This document shows, in pieces, positions 33,693 to 45,300 of a stretch of 64,000 bases of DNA. Source of the DNA: Bacteroidales bacterium (lineage in GTDB: Bacteria; Bacteroidota; Bacteroidia; Bacteroidales; ML635J-15); contig JAFZRE010000001.1 in assembly GCA_017620015.1 (NCBI GenBank), positions 35,968-99,967 on the forward strand, given 5' to 3'. Position 1 is the stretch's first letter, and each line of letters begins with the position of its first letter. The notes beneath the pieces were generated by a model. The model saw only the letters and a program-made list of their open reading frames with translations, was not told the origin of the DNA and did not search any database. Both the position numbers and the translations under genes were made by a program.

Positions 33693-35052
33693 CTTTCCTA
33701 AAAATCTTTCTTTGCGAATATAGAAATACCGCAGCAAGAGCAGCACCCATAACATCCGAAATCGTACATGACGCCCAGATTCCGTGAAGTCCGTCGCCAC
33801 CCATACTTTCAAAAATTAGCGGCACAATGTAGCACATTGGCAGTAAGAATATAAGTTGTCGCGAAAGACTTGTAATTATGGCAATCCACGGCTTGTCAAT
33901 CGACTGGAAGAAATTAGAATTCACGATAGTAAATGCAATGAGTGGGAACATAACCATTATATATCGCGTAGCCGTAATCGCAATTTCCATAAGTTCGGCA
34001 TCATCGGTGAAGGCTCGCACCAAATAGCGCGGAATGGCAACTCCCAACACACTGCCGACAATACCGACCAACACACAAACTTTCATCGTCAGCACATACA
34101 CGGCCTTGAGCCTGTCGGGATGTCCTGCGCCATAGTTGTAGCCTGCAATCGGTTGCATTCCCTGACAGACACCAAGTATCAGCAACACCGTCAACATAGC
34201 GAAAGTATTCACAATTCCGTATGCCCCGACTGCATAGTCGCCGCCATAGCGCAATAACTGCGCATTAAGCAACGCAACAACACCAGCAGCGGCAATGTTC
34301 ATAAGGAAAGGGCTCATGCCTATCATAGTGATATTTCTTATTATATAACCCTTAACCGTCCAGCAATGAAGCTTATAGCGAATAAACGAACTTGGTTTTA
34401 CAAAATGTATCACAGAAATTATTCCCGTCGTCGCCATCGAGATTGTGGTAGCCCATGCCGCACCAGCGATGCCCCACTTCAAACCGAAAATGAAGATTGG
34501 GTCGAGAATGACATTCAGCACAGCCCCACCAGCGAGTATCAACATCGACTTTATCGGATAGCCCGAAGCACGGATTAGGCCCGTGAGATTGAAAGTCAAG
34601 GTTGTGCAGAACATTCCGGGAAGCACTATATACATATATTCTTTTGCATACGACACGGTATCATCGGTTGCTCCGAATAGCATAAGTATGTCATTCATAA
34701 ATATGTAGCTGAATGACAGAAACAATGCCCCAAGTACAAAAGTAAAAATCGTGCTGTTTCCAAGAATCTTTTCTGCCCAGTTTATGTCCTTCTTTCCCAA
34801 CACAATTGACATTCGTGCCGATGAACCGACACCGACTAGCGAACCGAAAGCGTGAATCAAGTTCATTATCGGCATAGTAATGGCAAGTCCTGCAATAGCT
34901 AACGGTCCAACCCCCTGCCCTATGAAAATTCTGTCGGCAATATTGTATAGAGATGCTATAATCTGGCTTATGACAGCAGGAAGCGCATACTTCCACAGCA
35001 ACTGTCGTATATCTTTGGTTTCTAATTCTTTAGTTTTATCTATTTGTTCCAA
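33673..35052 (-). CDS. MATE family efflux transporter
   Basis: 459 aa with 12 predicted TM segments. The N-terminus ...LLWKYALPAVISQIIASLYNIADRIFIGQ is typical of MATE/NorM transporters. Confidence 0.9.
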   Translation of the reverse strand: MEQIDKTKELETKDIRQLLWKYALPAVISQIIASLYNIADRIFIGQGVGPLAIAGLAITMPIMNLIHAFGSLVGVGSSARMSIVLGKKDINWAEKILGNSTIFTFVLGALFLSFSYIFMNDILMLFGATDDTVSYAKEYMYIVLPGMFCTTLTFNLTGLIRASGYPIKSMLILAGGAVLNVILDPIFIFGLKWGIAGAAWATTISMATTGIISVIHFVKPSSFIRYKLHCWTVKGYIIRNITMIGMSPFLMNIAAAGVVALLNAQLLRYGGDYAVGAYGIVNTFAMLTVLLILGVCQGMQPIAGYNYGAGHPDRLKAVYVLTMKVCVLVGIVGSVLGVAIPRYLVRAFTDDAELMEIAITATRYIMVMFPLIAFTIVNSNFFQSIDKPWIAIITSLSRQLIFLLPMCYIVPLIFESMGGDGLHGIWASCTISDVMGAALAAVFLYSQRKIFRKAMDNEQ

Positions 35053-35074
35053 CTGCGTATAATTTTTGGGGGTG

Positions 35075-35082
35075 CAAAATTA
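35075..35082 (-). promoter_or_regulatory. -7 box TAATTTTG upstream of the MATE gene
   Basis: Matches TAnnTTTG on the minus strand, 23 nt before ATG 35052. Confidence 0.5.
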
Positions 35083-35133
35083 CAATTTTTATCATTATGG
35101 CATTAGATATTTTAGAATGTAATCCTAATGCAA

Positions 35134-37506
35134 TCAATAGTCCATCCCCTTCTTGTTGAACATCATAAATCCGAGATGGAACATAAAATACCAATTTACC
35201 ACATCGTCATCAAGGTAGTTTATACTCACACCCAAAGGTCCGAAACGAGTATTGTAAACCAATGCGGCCGAGGCCATATAATAATAGTATGAAAATCTTT
35301 CCGAATAAATCGGCGTGTATATGTTAGATGTCAATTCCTCCTTTAGTATCTTGCGGAAAGGCATATAGAAATAAAATTCAGTCCTAAGATTCAACCTGTC
35401 GGTAATATTAAATATTGGCTTCACACCGATTGCTGCATAATTATTGGCACGATAATTTGTCAGCAAAAGCGTCTTCGAGTTCATCACAGGTGCAAAGGCA
35501 GGAGCGGCAAGCACACTCGACGAGTAGTTGCGGAACAAAGGACGGTTACTCATAAACAACTGTGCGTATGCTCCGATTGTCAGATGTTTGAATATACGCG
35601 AATAATAGTCGGCGATGAGATTCATCTGGAACCAGCTGTGCCGCTTTATGTATATGTCATCAAGTGCAGTTGTAGAACCCGGATTGTTACGTTCCGAACC
35701 GATTACATGTCTCAAATCCACAACAAATTCGCGACCATCGGTTGGATACATCGTATAGTTCAAAGTGTTGTAGTTGAACGCAACGTGCTCGGTCATATAC
35801 TTAAAGCTCGTAATGTCGGCAGTATCCGACGGTTGGTACGACGACACCTGGAAGTAAGAATACTTCTGCTCCCCAGTAGCAAATCCGACCTTGGCAATAG
35901 AATGCCGCGACAATGGCGTTATCGCATCCAACCTGAGATTTGATTCGTAGTCGATTATATAGGGCGGCTGGAAACTCATCGACAAAACACGAGAACTTCC
36001 CTTGAAGAAATCGTAGCGGTTCAACGTTGCCGAAAAATCAAGGGCAAATGGCTGATATGTAGGTACATCCATACGCGCACCCAGCATAGCCGATGCATAA
36101 AATCGTCCGTAATAGAAGTTTGCCCTGAAAAGTCCCGACACCTTGCCGAGCAACTTGTACGACCCACCAATATAAACCATACTTGACGAACCGTTTGACA
36201 CGACCGCTCCGAGTCCCAGCGAAGTCCTGTTATCCTTTTTTACCTTGAAATGCACATCAAAAGTACCTGTGGAATCGTTGTACTCTGCAAGCGGAGTTGC
36301 CAGTTTAAACTGATAATCGGAAATCAACTTGTAATAATTTGACTCAACAGCATTGAAATCCATTACAGAATCCTTCAAGTGTTTCTTTATCCTCCTAAGA
36401 TTCAACGCCTTCTCCACATAAAATTTCTCATCTTTCTTTAATTTCCCGTCAACAATAATGCTGTCGAACTTCAATTCTGGCAACTTTTCCTTGTATATCC
36501 TACGCTCTTCCGACAACTCATCGGCATTCTTTCTACGGTCAACCATAGTCTTAATGCTGTCAATCATCTCGTTGCAATGCTCATAGCCAATATTTACAAC
36601 ATAGTCGAGCTTCTGGAAATCCATTACGCCCACGTCCTTGAATGCGAAACTAATGACAATTCCTTTCTTCTCCTCCAGTTCAACACTTTTCTGCTCTCCC
36701 ATGACAAGGCTTTCTATTTGCGCCAAAAGGTCGTCGGAGTCGGGCGGATTTGCCTTGCCAAAGGCCGAAACATAGACTCCTATTATTATATCGGGATGGA
36801 ACACCTCACGCATAGTTTCCATCGGGAAATTGTTGTAAATTCCACCATCATAATATAAAGTGCCATCAAGGTCCACAGGCTTGAACATTATCGGAATAGC
36901 CATCGAAGCACGGATTGCCGTACCCAAATCGCCATCGGCGAACACTTTTTCGTGATTGTGATAGACATCGGCAGCAACGCATCTAAACGGTACGAACAAC
37001 TTGTCGAAATCGTTTCCCGCACCAGCCGAACTTCTTGCAAAAAGGTCGATAAGCCCCAAATCCATAGGTTGCGGAGCAATAATATTGTTAGGCAAAGCCA
37101 AGGCTACCTTTTTGCTCTTGCGACGCAAATCGACACGAAGCAGAGAAGCGTCGGGCTGCTCAAACTTGAAAAAGTCAATATACTTTGGAGGAATACTACC
37201 CTTGTAATAGTTTCGGAAACTTTCACTAGCGAATATTTTCACCATTTCATCCGGCGAATAGCCTGCGGCATACAAGCCTCCAACGATAGCACCCATCGAA
37301 GTCCCCGTAACATAGTCGATAGGAATCCCGTGCTCCTCCAATGCCTTTATCACCCCGACGTGAGCATAGCCTTTCGCACCTCCTCCACTAAGGACAAGGC
37401 CAACAGTCTGTGCCTTTGTCATCATGCAAAAGTATAACACACTGACAATCAACAAGAACAATATGTACAATATTCTCCTCAACTGCTTTACAAAAAAGAT
37501 ATGCAA
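35134..37506 (-). CDS. patatin-like phospholipase with C-terminal Omp85/surface-antigen-like barrel
   Basis: GLVLSGGGAKGYAHVGV oxyanion motif and GTSMGA nucleophile elbow, then a long beta-rich C-terminus. The start codon is uncertain (TTG 37506 or a downstream TTG). Confidence 0.85.
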   Translation of the reverse strand: MHIFFVKQLRRILYILFLLIVSVLYFCMMTKAQTVGLVLSGGGAKGYAHVGVIKALEEHGIPIDYVTGTSMGAIVGGLYAAGYSPDEMVKIFASESFRNYYKGSIPPKYIDFFKFEQPDASLLRVDLRRKSKKVALALPNNIIAPQPMDLGLIDLFARSSAGAGNDFDKLFVPFRCVAADVYHNHEKVFADGDLGTAIRASMAIPIMFKPVDLDGTLYYDGGIYNNFPMETMREVFHPDIIIGVYVSAFGKANPPDSDDLLAQIESLVMGEQKSVELEEKKGIVISFAFKDVGVMDFQKLDYVVNIGYEHCNEMIDSIKTMVDRRKNADELSEERRIYKEKLPELKFDSIIVDGKLKKDEKFYVEKALNLRRIKKHLKDSVMDFNAVESNYYKLISDYQFKLATPLAEYNDSTGTFDVHFKVKKDNRTSLGLGAVVSNGSSSMVYIGGSYKLLGKVSGLFRANFYYGRFYASAMLGARMDVPTYQPFALDFSATLNRYDFFKGSSRVLSMSFQPPYIIDYESNLRLDAITPLSRHSIAKVGFATGEQKYSYFQVSSYQPSDTADITSFKYMTEHVAFNYNTLNYTMYPTDGREFVVDLRHVIGSERNNPGSTTALDDIYIKRHSWFQMNLIADYYSRIFKHLTIGAYAQLFMSNRPLFRNYSSSVLAAPAFAPVMNSKTLLLTNYRANNYAAIGVKPIFNITDRLNLRTEFYFYMPFRKILKEELTSNIYTPIYSERFSYYYYMASAALVYNTRFGPLGVSINYLDDDVVNWYFMFHLGFMMFNKKGMDY

Positions 37507-37698
37507 GTTAGTAAGATTATTTCAAATTTTTAGTTTTATGGAAAGATTTTTCACACCCAAAAACAAAATTAAAAATGGATTTATTATAGTCTAATAATCA
37601 AAAACTTAATCATCACTCTCTTCTTTCTCAAAAAAACGCAACTACCAAATTGGACTTTTATTATTACCTTTACACCGCTAAAATTCTAAAAATACAAC

Positions 37699-40149
37699 AT
37701 GCGTTTCGCTTCCGTAATACTACCGCTCGCCCTGCCAGGAACCTTCACCTACGAGATTCCCGATGAATTTTCATCATCGGCACAATGCGGAATGCGTGTG
37801 CTTGTAAATTTCGGCAAGAAAAAGATTTACACTGGAATAATTGTCGGAATCGACGAGCAGGAAAAAACGAATGCTGAATACAACATAAAACCCATCTATG
37901 CACTTCTCGACAGCACTCCATTCATCACCGAATCACAGTTAAAACTTTGGAACTGGATGGCGTCGTACTATTGCTGCACAATAGGAGAAGTGCTTGCAGC
38001 CGCAATACCATCAATACTTCTGCCCACAAGCGAAAGCAGATATTCGATAGTAGCAAGTCCCACAAGCGACGAAATACTAGTCAAAAACGACCTTGCTGTA
38101 TATAACGCACTGGCACTTAGCCATGTATCTACATTGAACGAAATCATCGACTGCACCAATATACGAAATCCTCTGCCTGTGTTGCAACGGCTTGTCGCCC
38201 GCGGACTTGTAACCGACGAGCAGGTAATAGCAAAGCAATACAAGCCCACAGAACGAAACTATGTGCTGTTTTCGACCATTGAAGCCGAAAAGAATCAGAC
38301 CGCACTTGACAAGATAATGTCCAAAAACGGCAAGCAGAAACAAATAATAGAACAACTTGTCGGCATTTGTCAATCACGCAACACCGACTGCATCGAAGTC
38401 GAAGAACGAGAAATCCTTGAAGGCTGCGAAGCTTCGAAGTCAAGTCTGCAAAGTTTACAGAAATATGGTCTGCTACAACTTTATCGCAAGGTGCGTGAAA
38501 CAAATTTCGACTCTGAAACCAATTCTGCCCAAGTGGAACTCTCAGAACCGCAGCAAAAAGCCTTTGCTGAAATAAGTTCCGCCTTTGCCGAAAAGCAGCC
38601 GGTTTTGCTTCACGGAGTTACCTCAAGCGGCAAGACTGAAATTTATATTAAACTGATTCAGGATACATTGGCTCAAGGCAAAAAAGTCCTTTATCTTTTG
38701 CCCGAAATTGCCATAACCGCACAGATAATTGCCCGACTGGAAAAATATTTCGGCACCTCGGTGAAAGTTTACCACAGCCGACACACCGCATCGGCAAGGG
38801 CAAGCGTTTACAACGCAGTCCTCGACAACAAATACGAAATACTTCTAGGCGTACGCTCGGCAATTTTCCTGCCCTACGACAATCTTGGACTGATAATCGT
38901 TGACGAAGAACACGAGAACTCATACAAGCAGTTCGACCCCGACCCGCGCTATAATGCCCGCGACATGGCGCTTGTACTTGGCAAGATTCACAATGCAAAC
39001 GTAATCCTAGGCTCGGCTACGCCATCTGTAGAGTCTTACAACAACGCAGTGCAAGGTCGCTATCGACTGGTGGAACTTATGCAACGCTACGGGGATGTGC
39101 AGTTGCCGGCCATCGAAATTGCCGATATGAAGGATGCCTATTTCCGAAAAACCAACAAAGGTCATTTCCATCCAACTCTCATTGCGGCAATAAACGCAGC
39201 AATAGCCGCTGGCGAACAAGTGATTTTGTTCCAAAACCGCCGTGGATATTCGTCGATGATGGAATGCAAGGACTGTGGATGGGTGCCTCACTGCAGCAAC
39301 TGCAACGTAAGCCTAACACTTCACAAGTACGACAACAAACTTGTCTGCCACTACTGCGGCGAAAAATTCAACGTGCCAACCAAATGTGGCAACTGTGGAA
39401 GCGAAAACCTTACAAGCAAGGGACTTGGCACAGAAAAAATTGAAGAGCAGGTGGCAACGTTATTTCCTACGGCACGTATCGCCCGTCTCGACTACGACAC
39501 CGCTCAATCGCGCAAGAACTACGAGCGCATAATTGACGAATTCTCTAACGGAGACATCGACATCCTCATCGGCACACAAATGATTACAAAAGGCTTGGAC
39601 TTTCCGAACGTAAGTCTTGTAGGAATACTCAATGCCGACAACATGCTCAACTTCCCCGACTTCCGAGCCTTCGAACGGTCGTTCCAGCTAATGTCACAAG
39701 TAAGCGGTCGTGCAGGGCGCAGACAGAAACGCGGACGCGTCATCATACAGACTTTCAGTCCCGACCACGAGATAATACGGCAGGTGCTTGCCAACGACTA
39801 TAAGTCGATGTTCGCGAAACAGATGCAAGAACGCAACTTTTTCCACTATCCGCCATCTTGCAGTTTTGTTATCATACACTTGAAACACAAGGACTACCGC
39901 AAGGCTTATCAAGCGGCATCCATACTTGCAAAGGAATTGCGACAAGCACTAAACAACCGCGTACGTGGCCCCGAAGAACCTGCAGTAAACCGCATCAGCA
40001 ACTACTTTATCGTAAACGTGCACGTGCGTTTCGAAAAGACAATTTCGGCAACAAAAGTAAAAGCCTTCATCATGGAAAAGGTGCAAATGATAAAGTCCAT
40101 CCCCGACCTTTCGCAGACAAACGCAGAAATTGACGTTGACCCCTACTAG
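37699..40149 (+). CDS. priA: primosomal protein N' (replication restart helicase PriA)
   Basis: Walker A GVTSSGKTEIY, DEEHE box and a Cys-rich zinc-binding insertion (CKDCGW...CSNC...CHYCG...CGNCGS). Confidence 0.95.
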   Translation: MRFASVILPLALPGTFTYEIPDEFSSSAQCGMRVLVNFGKKKIYTGIIVGIDEQEKTNAEYNIKPIYALLDSTPFITESQLKLWNWMASYYCCTIGEVLAAAIPSILLPTSESRYSIVASPTSDEILVKNDLAVYNALALSHVSTLNEIIDCTNIRNPLPVLQRLVARGLVTDEQVIAKQYKPTERNYVLFSTIEAEKNQTALDKIMSKNGKQKQIIEQLVGICQSRNTDCIEVEEREILEGCEASKSSLQSLQKYGLLQLYRKVRETNFDSETNSAQVELSEPQQKAFAEISSAFAEKQPVLLHGVTSSGKTEIYIKLIQDTLAQGKKVLYLLPEIAITAQIIARLEKYFGTSVKVYHSRHTASARASVYNAVLDNKYEILLGVRSAIFLPYDNLGLIIVDEEHENSYKQFDPDPRYNARDMALVLGKIHNANVILGSATPSVESYNNAVQGRYRLVELMQRYGDVQLPAIEIADMKDAYFRKTNKGHFHPTLIAAINAAIAAGEQVILFQNRRGYSSMMECKDCGWVPHCSNCNVSLTLHKYDNKLVCHYCGEKFNVPTKCGNCGSENLTSKGLGTEKIEEQVATLFPTARIARLDYDTAQSRKNYERIIDEFSNGDIDILIGTQMITKGLDFPNVSLVGILNADNMLNFPDFRAFERSFQLMSQVSGRAGRRQKRGRVIIQTFSPDHEIIRQVLANDYKSMFAKQMQERNFFHYPPSCSFVIIHLKHKDYRKAYQAASILAKELRQALNNRVRGPEEPAVNRISNYFIVNVHVRFEKTISATKVKAFIMEKVQMIKSIPDLSQTNAEIDVDPY

Positions 40150-40164
40150 GATTTTTTACAAAAA

Positions 40165-41247
40165 TTAAAATAACTGCCTGAACTTCGGCTTGATTTCTAT
40201 AGGTTCGCCAAGCGACTTGAACATATTTTCGCCTGCTTTATTTGATACTTCTTGCCCGTCAATTGTGTACGAACTTTCTAATTTGTCCTTTTCGAAATTG
40301 TACGTCTGGAATTCTTCGCAGGTACGGTAAATTTTGCTGTCCTTGAGCATTACGCATCGCGTATAGAAGCATCCTGTTCCGCATCCGCCAGCCGTAGCTA
40401 TGGCACTATTGCTGTAAAATGCGAAATTTGTCTTGAAATATGTTGACGAAATCATCCGTATTTCGCCTGCGACTATTGAATAAATCGCCTTATATTCTTC
40501 GTTTTGCGACGAAAGCCATAATTCTGGATTGCCGTCCTCGTCGAAGTCGTAAAGGATATATTTTGTAAAATCTGAGTCTTCAAAAGCATCGTACATTTCG
40601 TCGTACTCTTTGCGAATAACGTCAAATTTCTCAATCTCAACAGAATGATAATAAAGTTCCATCCCGTCCCATTTGTAAATATGTCTGATGGAAGAATACC
40701 AGTTCATAAAGTATTCGTTTACAACGATATCCTTGCCTTTTCGTGGTAACAGATAGGTTATTGGATGGTAGCTGTCGTTGAATGAAGGGGTGAATTTTGA
40801 CAGTTCGTTGTACTCGGGCGTGAGTGTGCCTTCGTCAGGGTCGTAATCGTAGAACAGGATTATCTGGCTTATGCTCAGTCCGTGCATTTTCTGGAACACG
40901 AACGCGAAAAGCCTATGTCCGTTGTTTCGTTTCCATACGCAAGCCGAGAACGATTCGCCGTCGTCGCCAAGTTCAAAAGCCGAAACGTAACCGTTGGGGC
41001 TGTCGACAACTATATCGTAGTCGCCTTCGCCGTCGTTGCTTACCGGTTTTTTCAGCAGGTCGGTAGTCGGGCGGTTATGCCAAACATTGTTGAATGCTTT
41101 TACGAGCGAAAGAATGCTGCCATCCTTAACGCCTGTGATTGTTTTCTTTTCCCAACCGTCGCTAATCTGATCGATTGTAACATAATTTTGCGCCGTAACT
41201 GTAAGTGCAGAAAGGGTAACGAGTAAAAATGTGAGTATGTTTTTCAT
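40165..41247 (-). CDS. secreted hypothetical protein
   Basis: 360-aa ORF with signal peptide (ALTVTAQN). No family recognised. Confidence 0.55.
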   Translation of the reverse strand: MKNILTFLLVTLSALTVTAQNYVTIDQISDGWEKKTITGVKDGSILSLVKAFNNVWHNRPTTDLLKKPVSNDGEGDYDIVVDSPNGYVSAFELGDDGESFSACVWKRNNGHRLFAFVFQKMHGLSISQIILFYDYDPDEGTLTPEYNELSKFTPSFNDSYHPITYLLPRKGKDIVVNEYFMNWYSSIRHIYKWDGMELYYHSVEIEKFDVIRKEYDEMYDAFEDSDFTKYILYDFDEDGNPELWLSSQNEEYKAIYSIVAGEIRMISSTYFKTNFAFYSNSAIATAGGCGTGCFYTRCVMLKDSKIYRTCEEFQTYNFEKDKLESSYTIDGQEVSNKAGENMFKSLGEPIEIKPKFRQLF

Positions 41248-41258
41248 GAATATAGTTT

Positions 41259-41567
41259 TTATTCTTTTATCATTTTTGATGGCATAATGCGGTCAATAAT
41301 TGCAAAATTGTCGAATGTGTGAAATATCACAGTCCACCTGTGATTGACAATTGATAAAGTCTTCGCATTAGGATGAATCTGTTTTGCAATAGTATAATTG
41401 CTATGCTTATATATGCCAGCAGTGTAACTTAACGAGGCTAACTGTCCAAGAATCTTATTGACAAATTTGTGCCCGCTATCTGGTCGGTATATGCTTGCTA
41501 TGTATTTGGCAATGTCGTCAAGGTCTGATGATGCTTTATTGCTTACAATTACTTTGTAGATTTGCAT
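41259..41567 (-). CDS. type II toxin, RelE/ParE superfamily
   Basis: MQIYKVIVSNKASSDLDDIAKYI... and C-terminal WTVIFHTFDNFAIIDRIMP fit the ParE pattern. Start set at the third in-frame ATG. Confidence 0.6.
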   Translation of the reverse strand: MQIYKVIVSNKASSDLDDIAKYIASIYRPDSGHKFVNKILGQLASLSYTAGIYKHSNYTIAKQIHPNAKTLSIVNHRWTVIFHTFDNFAIIDRIMPSKMIKE

Positions 41568-41739
41568 AACATTCATCAAGTTTTCTGTGGAATATTTCTC
41601 CGAATGCATCTAATGACATATAGCCTTCAGGAATATCATTAGCCATACTTTGTGTAGATTGTTGCGTTGTTTTGTATGCAACAACCGGTTCGTTCGCTTC
41701 TGAAGCAGTCGATTCTGTTATTTTATATGGCTTTTCCAT
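41536..41739 (-). CDS. putative cognate antitoxin (67 aa)
   Basis: Small ORF directly upstream of the ParE-like gene and overlapping it. It is preceded by a TATTTTTG -7 box embedded in a palindrome. No RHH or HTH motif recognised. Confidence 0.4.
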   Translation of the reverse strand: MEKPYKITESTASEANEPVVAYKTTQQSTQSMANDIPEGYMSLDAFGEIFHRKLDECYANLQSNCKQ

Positions 41740-41748
41740 TCGTTTTTA

Positions 41749-41763
41749 ATTTTTGCAAAAATA
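41749..41763 (-). promoter_or_regulatory. toxin-antitoxin promoter/operator: -7 box TATTTTTG (41756..41763) embedded in the 14-bp perfect palindrome ATTTTTGCAAAAAT (41749..41762)
   Basis: Read directly. The palindrome ends 10 nt upstream of the antitoxin ATG 41739. Confidence 0.5.
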
Positions 41764-41866
41764 ATAATTTTCTTCATGCAATCTCCACCATGATTAAATT
41801 TTTCCCACATCATGTCCTTTCTTTCAAAACTTTCCCCTATTTTTACACGCTTTTTATTCAGTAATT

Positions 41867-42340
41867 ATGAACATTACTTTGCTTGTGGTCGGGAAGACCG
41901 ACAAGGACTATATAAACGCGGCGGTTGAGGAATATTTCAAACGTATAAAACGCTATATGAACTTCGAATTCAAGGTGGTAAAGGACATAAAGAATGCGAA
42001 GAGCGTGACTACTGCCGTGCAGAATAAACTCGAGGGCGAGAAGATTCTCGATGAACTTTCGCCGTCAGACTTTGTGGTTCTGCTCGACGAAAACGGAAAA
42101 AATCCGTCGTCGAAGGAGTTCGCTGCCTTCATCGAGAAGCAGTCGCTGTCGGGACTGAAGAACCTCGTGTTCGTAATAGGCGGACCTTACGGATTTTCCG
42201 AAGATGTTTACGCCCGCGCCAACTACAAGCTTTCGCTGTCGCGTATGACATTCTCGCACCAACTGGTACGTGCAATCTTCGCCGAGCAGCTTTACCGCGC
42301 ACTAAGTATCCTCAACAACGACCCTTATCACCACGAATAA
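41867..42340 (+). CDS. rlmH: 23S rRNA (pseudouridine1915-N3)-methyltransferase
   Basis: 157 aa of the SPOUT family with LDENGK...FVIGGPYGFS...LSLSRMTFSHQL motifs. Confidence 0.9.
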   Translation: MNITLLVVGKTDKDYINAAVEEYFKRIKRYMNFEFKVVKDIKNAKSVTTAVQNKLEGEKILDELSPSDFVVLLDENGKNPSSKEFAAFIEKQSLSGLKNLVFVIGGPYGFSEDVYARANYKLSLSRMTFSHQLVRAIFAEQLYRALSILNNDPYHHE

Positions 42341-45300
42341 ATGAAAACCAAGGTTGTACGCATATTATACTTTTCGTTGCTCTCGATACTTGCTGTCGTG
42401 GCGGCGGTATTTGCGATTATGCCTCACGGCGATGGCATTGTCGATGTCGAGGAACTCGTTGACAAGCAGAGCCTTGAAACCTTATTGCAGGAAAAATATC
42501 TGTACATAAGCGAAAAGAGCGACGATGCACTGAAAATTGCATCCACCAAGTCCGACAGCGTGAATGTCGAGTTTTTCGATTCGCTGGCCGGCGACTTTTC
42601 CGAAAAGGGCATTGGATTTTTCCACTACGAACGCGGACGCTTGCAGCACTGGTCAACCAACGACATTCCCGTGCCGGTGGAATTCAAGTCGTCGTTTGGC
42701 GACAGGCTTGTGAAACTTGACAACGGCCTCTACCTCTGCGGCATGAAGCTCGAAGACAACAACGCCGTGGTCGGACTTTACCAGATTCGAAAGGAGTATT
42801 CCTACGAGAACGACATGCTGGTGACTTCGTACGGCAAGGACATCGACCTGCCGAAAAAGGTCGTGGTTTCTGCCGACAGCAGTGACAATTCGCTTTCGGT
42901 ACGACTTCCGGCAAGCGACAAGAACATTTATTTCGGCATTACCGACGATAACTACATGCAGGACAGGCTTTCTCTGCCTCAGGCAATGCGGATTTGCTTC
43001 CTGCTCATCGGACTTTTGCTCCTATATTCCATTTTTGAAGCTTTGGCGCGGAAATACAGCTCCAAGTCGTGGATTTGGGTTGTCGCATTCGTGCTGGTGA
43101 TGCTTGCCGTCAGGTTCTCGCTACTTGCCGTAGGCTTCTTCGACGACCTTAGCAACCTGAAGATGTTCTCGCCCGAATTGCTGTCAACATCTACCTTGCA
43201 GGCTTCGTTCGGCGATATGCTTCTGAAGGTTGTCATTGTTGGTCTGGTGTGCATATTTTTCTGCCGACATTTCAATGTAAACCTTAATGTCCTGGAAAAC
43301 AGACGGTTCTCCAAAACATTGACAAGCATATTTTTTTCGGTTTTAGTGTCGGTGCTTTCGATGCTGCTGGTCGATTTTCTTGTTGAAATCGTCGCCGACT
43401 CGTCGATTCCGTTCAATTTTGCAAACCTTTCCAGTCCCGATGGCTATGGCTATATGGCGCTTGTGGCAGTGGTAACAGTGATTTTCATCGCTATTTTCAT
43501 CGTCAGAAAAATAATACAAATCTGCGACAAGCTCCTTGAAATCCGTCTTATACTCCCGCTCGTCTTGCTGATACTTGCCGCATACACAACGGTTTGCTGG
43601 TTCAACGACAACAATGTCATCGTGCAGACTTGCCTGCTGTGGCTGATGTGGTCGTACTTGCTGTATTGTATGCTCAAGGGCAAACGCACTTTACTCTACA
43701 GGACAATTCTTGCCATAATGGTTTCGCTTCTGGTGTCGTACTCCATTTCGAGCCGAGTTCAGCAGAAGGAAGCCGAGGCTTTCAAGGTGCTGGCATACAA
43801 CATGTCGGCCGAGCGCGACTTCGATGTTGAGTTCAATTTTATCGAGTTCGACAACGAAATGCGTGGCAACAAGGAAATTACAGAGTTTGTCAAGCAGTAC
43901 GACTTCGATTCTGCCGACAGCGTAATCAATGGGATAATCTCATCAAAGAAATACCTCAAGCGTTACGATGCTCAGGTGACGATTTGTGCTGATACCGACA
44001 GTCTTATGCTCGAGGACGAAGGCGTGTCGGTTGGTTGCTTCGAATATTTCAGAACCTTGCTGCTCGAATGTGGCATTGTGATTCCAAACACCAATTTCTA
44101 TTACCTTGATAATAATAATGGCCGCCAGTCCTATCTTGGCATCTTCAGCGTTATGGTCGAGCCGACTGTGATTGTGAAGATTTACATCGAACTTAACAGT
44201 AAGATTTTCAGCGAAGGACTTGGCTATCCCGATTTGCTTCTCGACAAACGCATGGCTTTGAAGCACAGCGACAAGAAATACGACTTTGCGCGTTACAGCA
44301 AGGGTATTCTGGTGGCAAGCCGCGGCTCGTACAAGTACTTGTTCTCGCTTGCTCCCGAAAGCGATTTCAGCGAATATTCGGTAAGCACAAGCAACGGCTA
44401 CAAGCATTTCAGATATTGTCCCGACAGCGAAAACACAGTGATTCTCAGCAAGCGCGATTCGGGATTCTCCAATGTGTTCATAATATTCTTCTTCGTTCTG
44501 TTCGGCACTTTCCTGGTTTATATGTGCCGTTTTGCCATCGTTGGCATTGGTCGTGGCAAGAAGATTGAAACCGCAAGCCTCGGACAGCGAATCAGGGCAT
44601 CGTTCATCGGTGTGCTGGTAGTCAGCCTTTTCCTGACAATGGTCGTCTCGGTGGTGTTCATCGTTGATACTTACGAAAAACGACAGAACGAACTCGTGCT
44701 CGACAAGGTTCACTCGGTTGCGGTGGAACTCGGGCATTCGATAAACCTCGACAACCTTAAGAGCGAAAGTCCTCAATATGTTGACGATATTCTTGTATAT
44801 CTGTCTAATATTCTGTATGTTGACATAAACATCTACGATGTTCACGGCGTGCTGATGTCATCGTCACGGCACGAACTTTTCGACAAGGGACTGAAGGGAA
44901 TGTTTATGGATCCGAGTTCGTACAGGCACCTTATTATGAACAAGGACGAGCTGTTCTCGCACAAGGAGCGCATCGACAAGGTTGAGTATCTGTCGGTGTA
45001 TCTGCCGTTGAAGAACAATAGCAACAAGGTGGTCGCATACTTAAATCTGCCGTACTTTGCCGCTGAGGCTGGCATCGAGGAGGAAATGTCGAACTACATT
45101 GCGGTGTTTGCATCTATCTTCTTGTTGCTCATATTGGTAGCCTTGATAATCGGACTTCTTGTATCGCGGCAGGTGACAATACCACTTTCACGACTTCAGA
45201 ACTCCATCCGTGGAATGGAGATAAACAGTGCCAAGAAACTTACCTACGACCGCAACGACGAGATAGGCCTTCTGATTGACGAGTACAACCGCAAGGTTGA

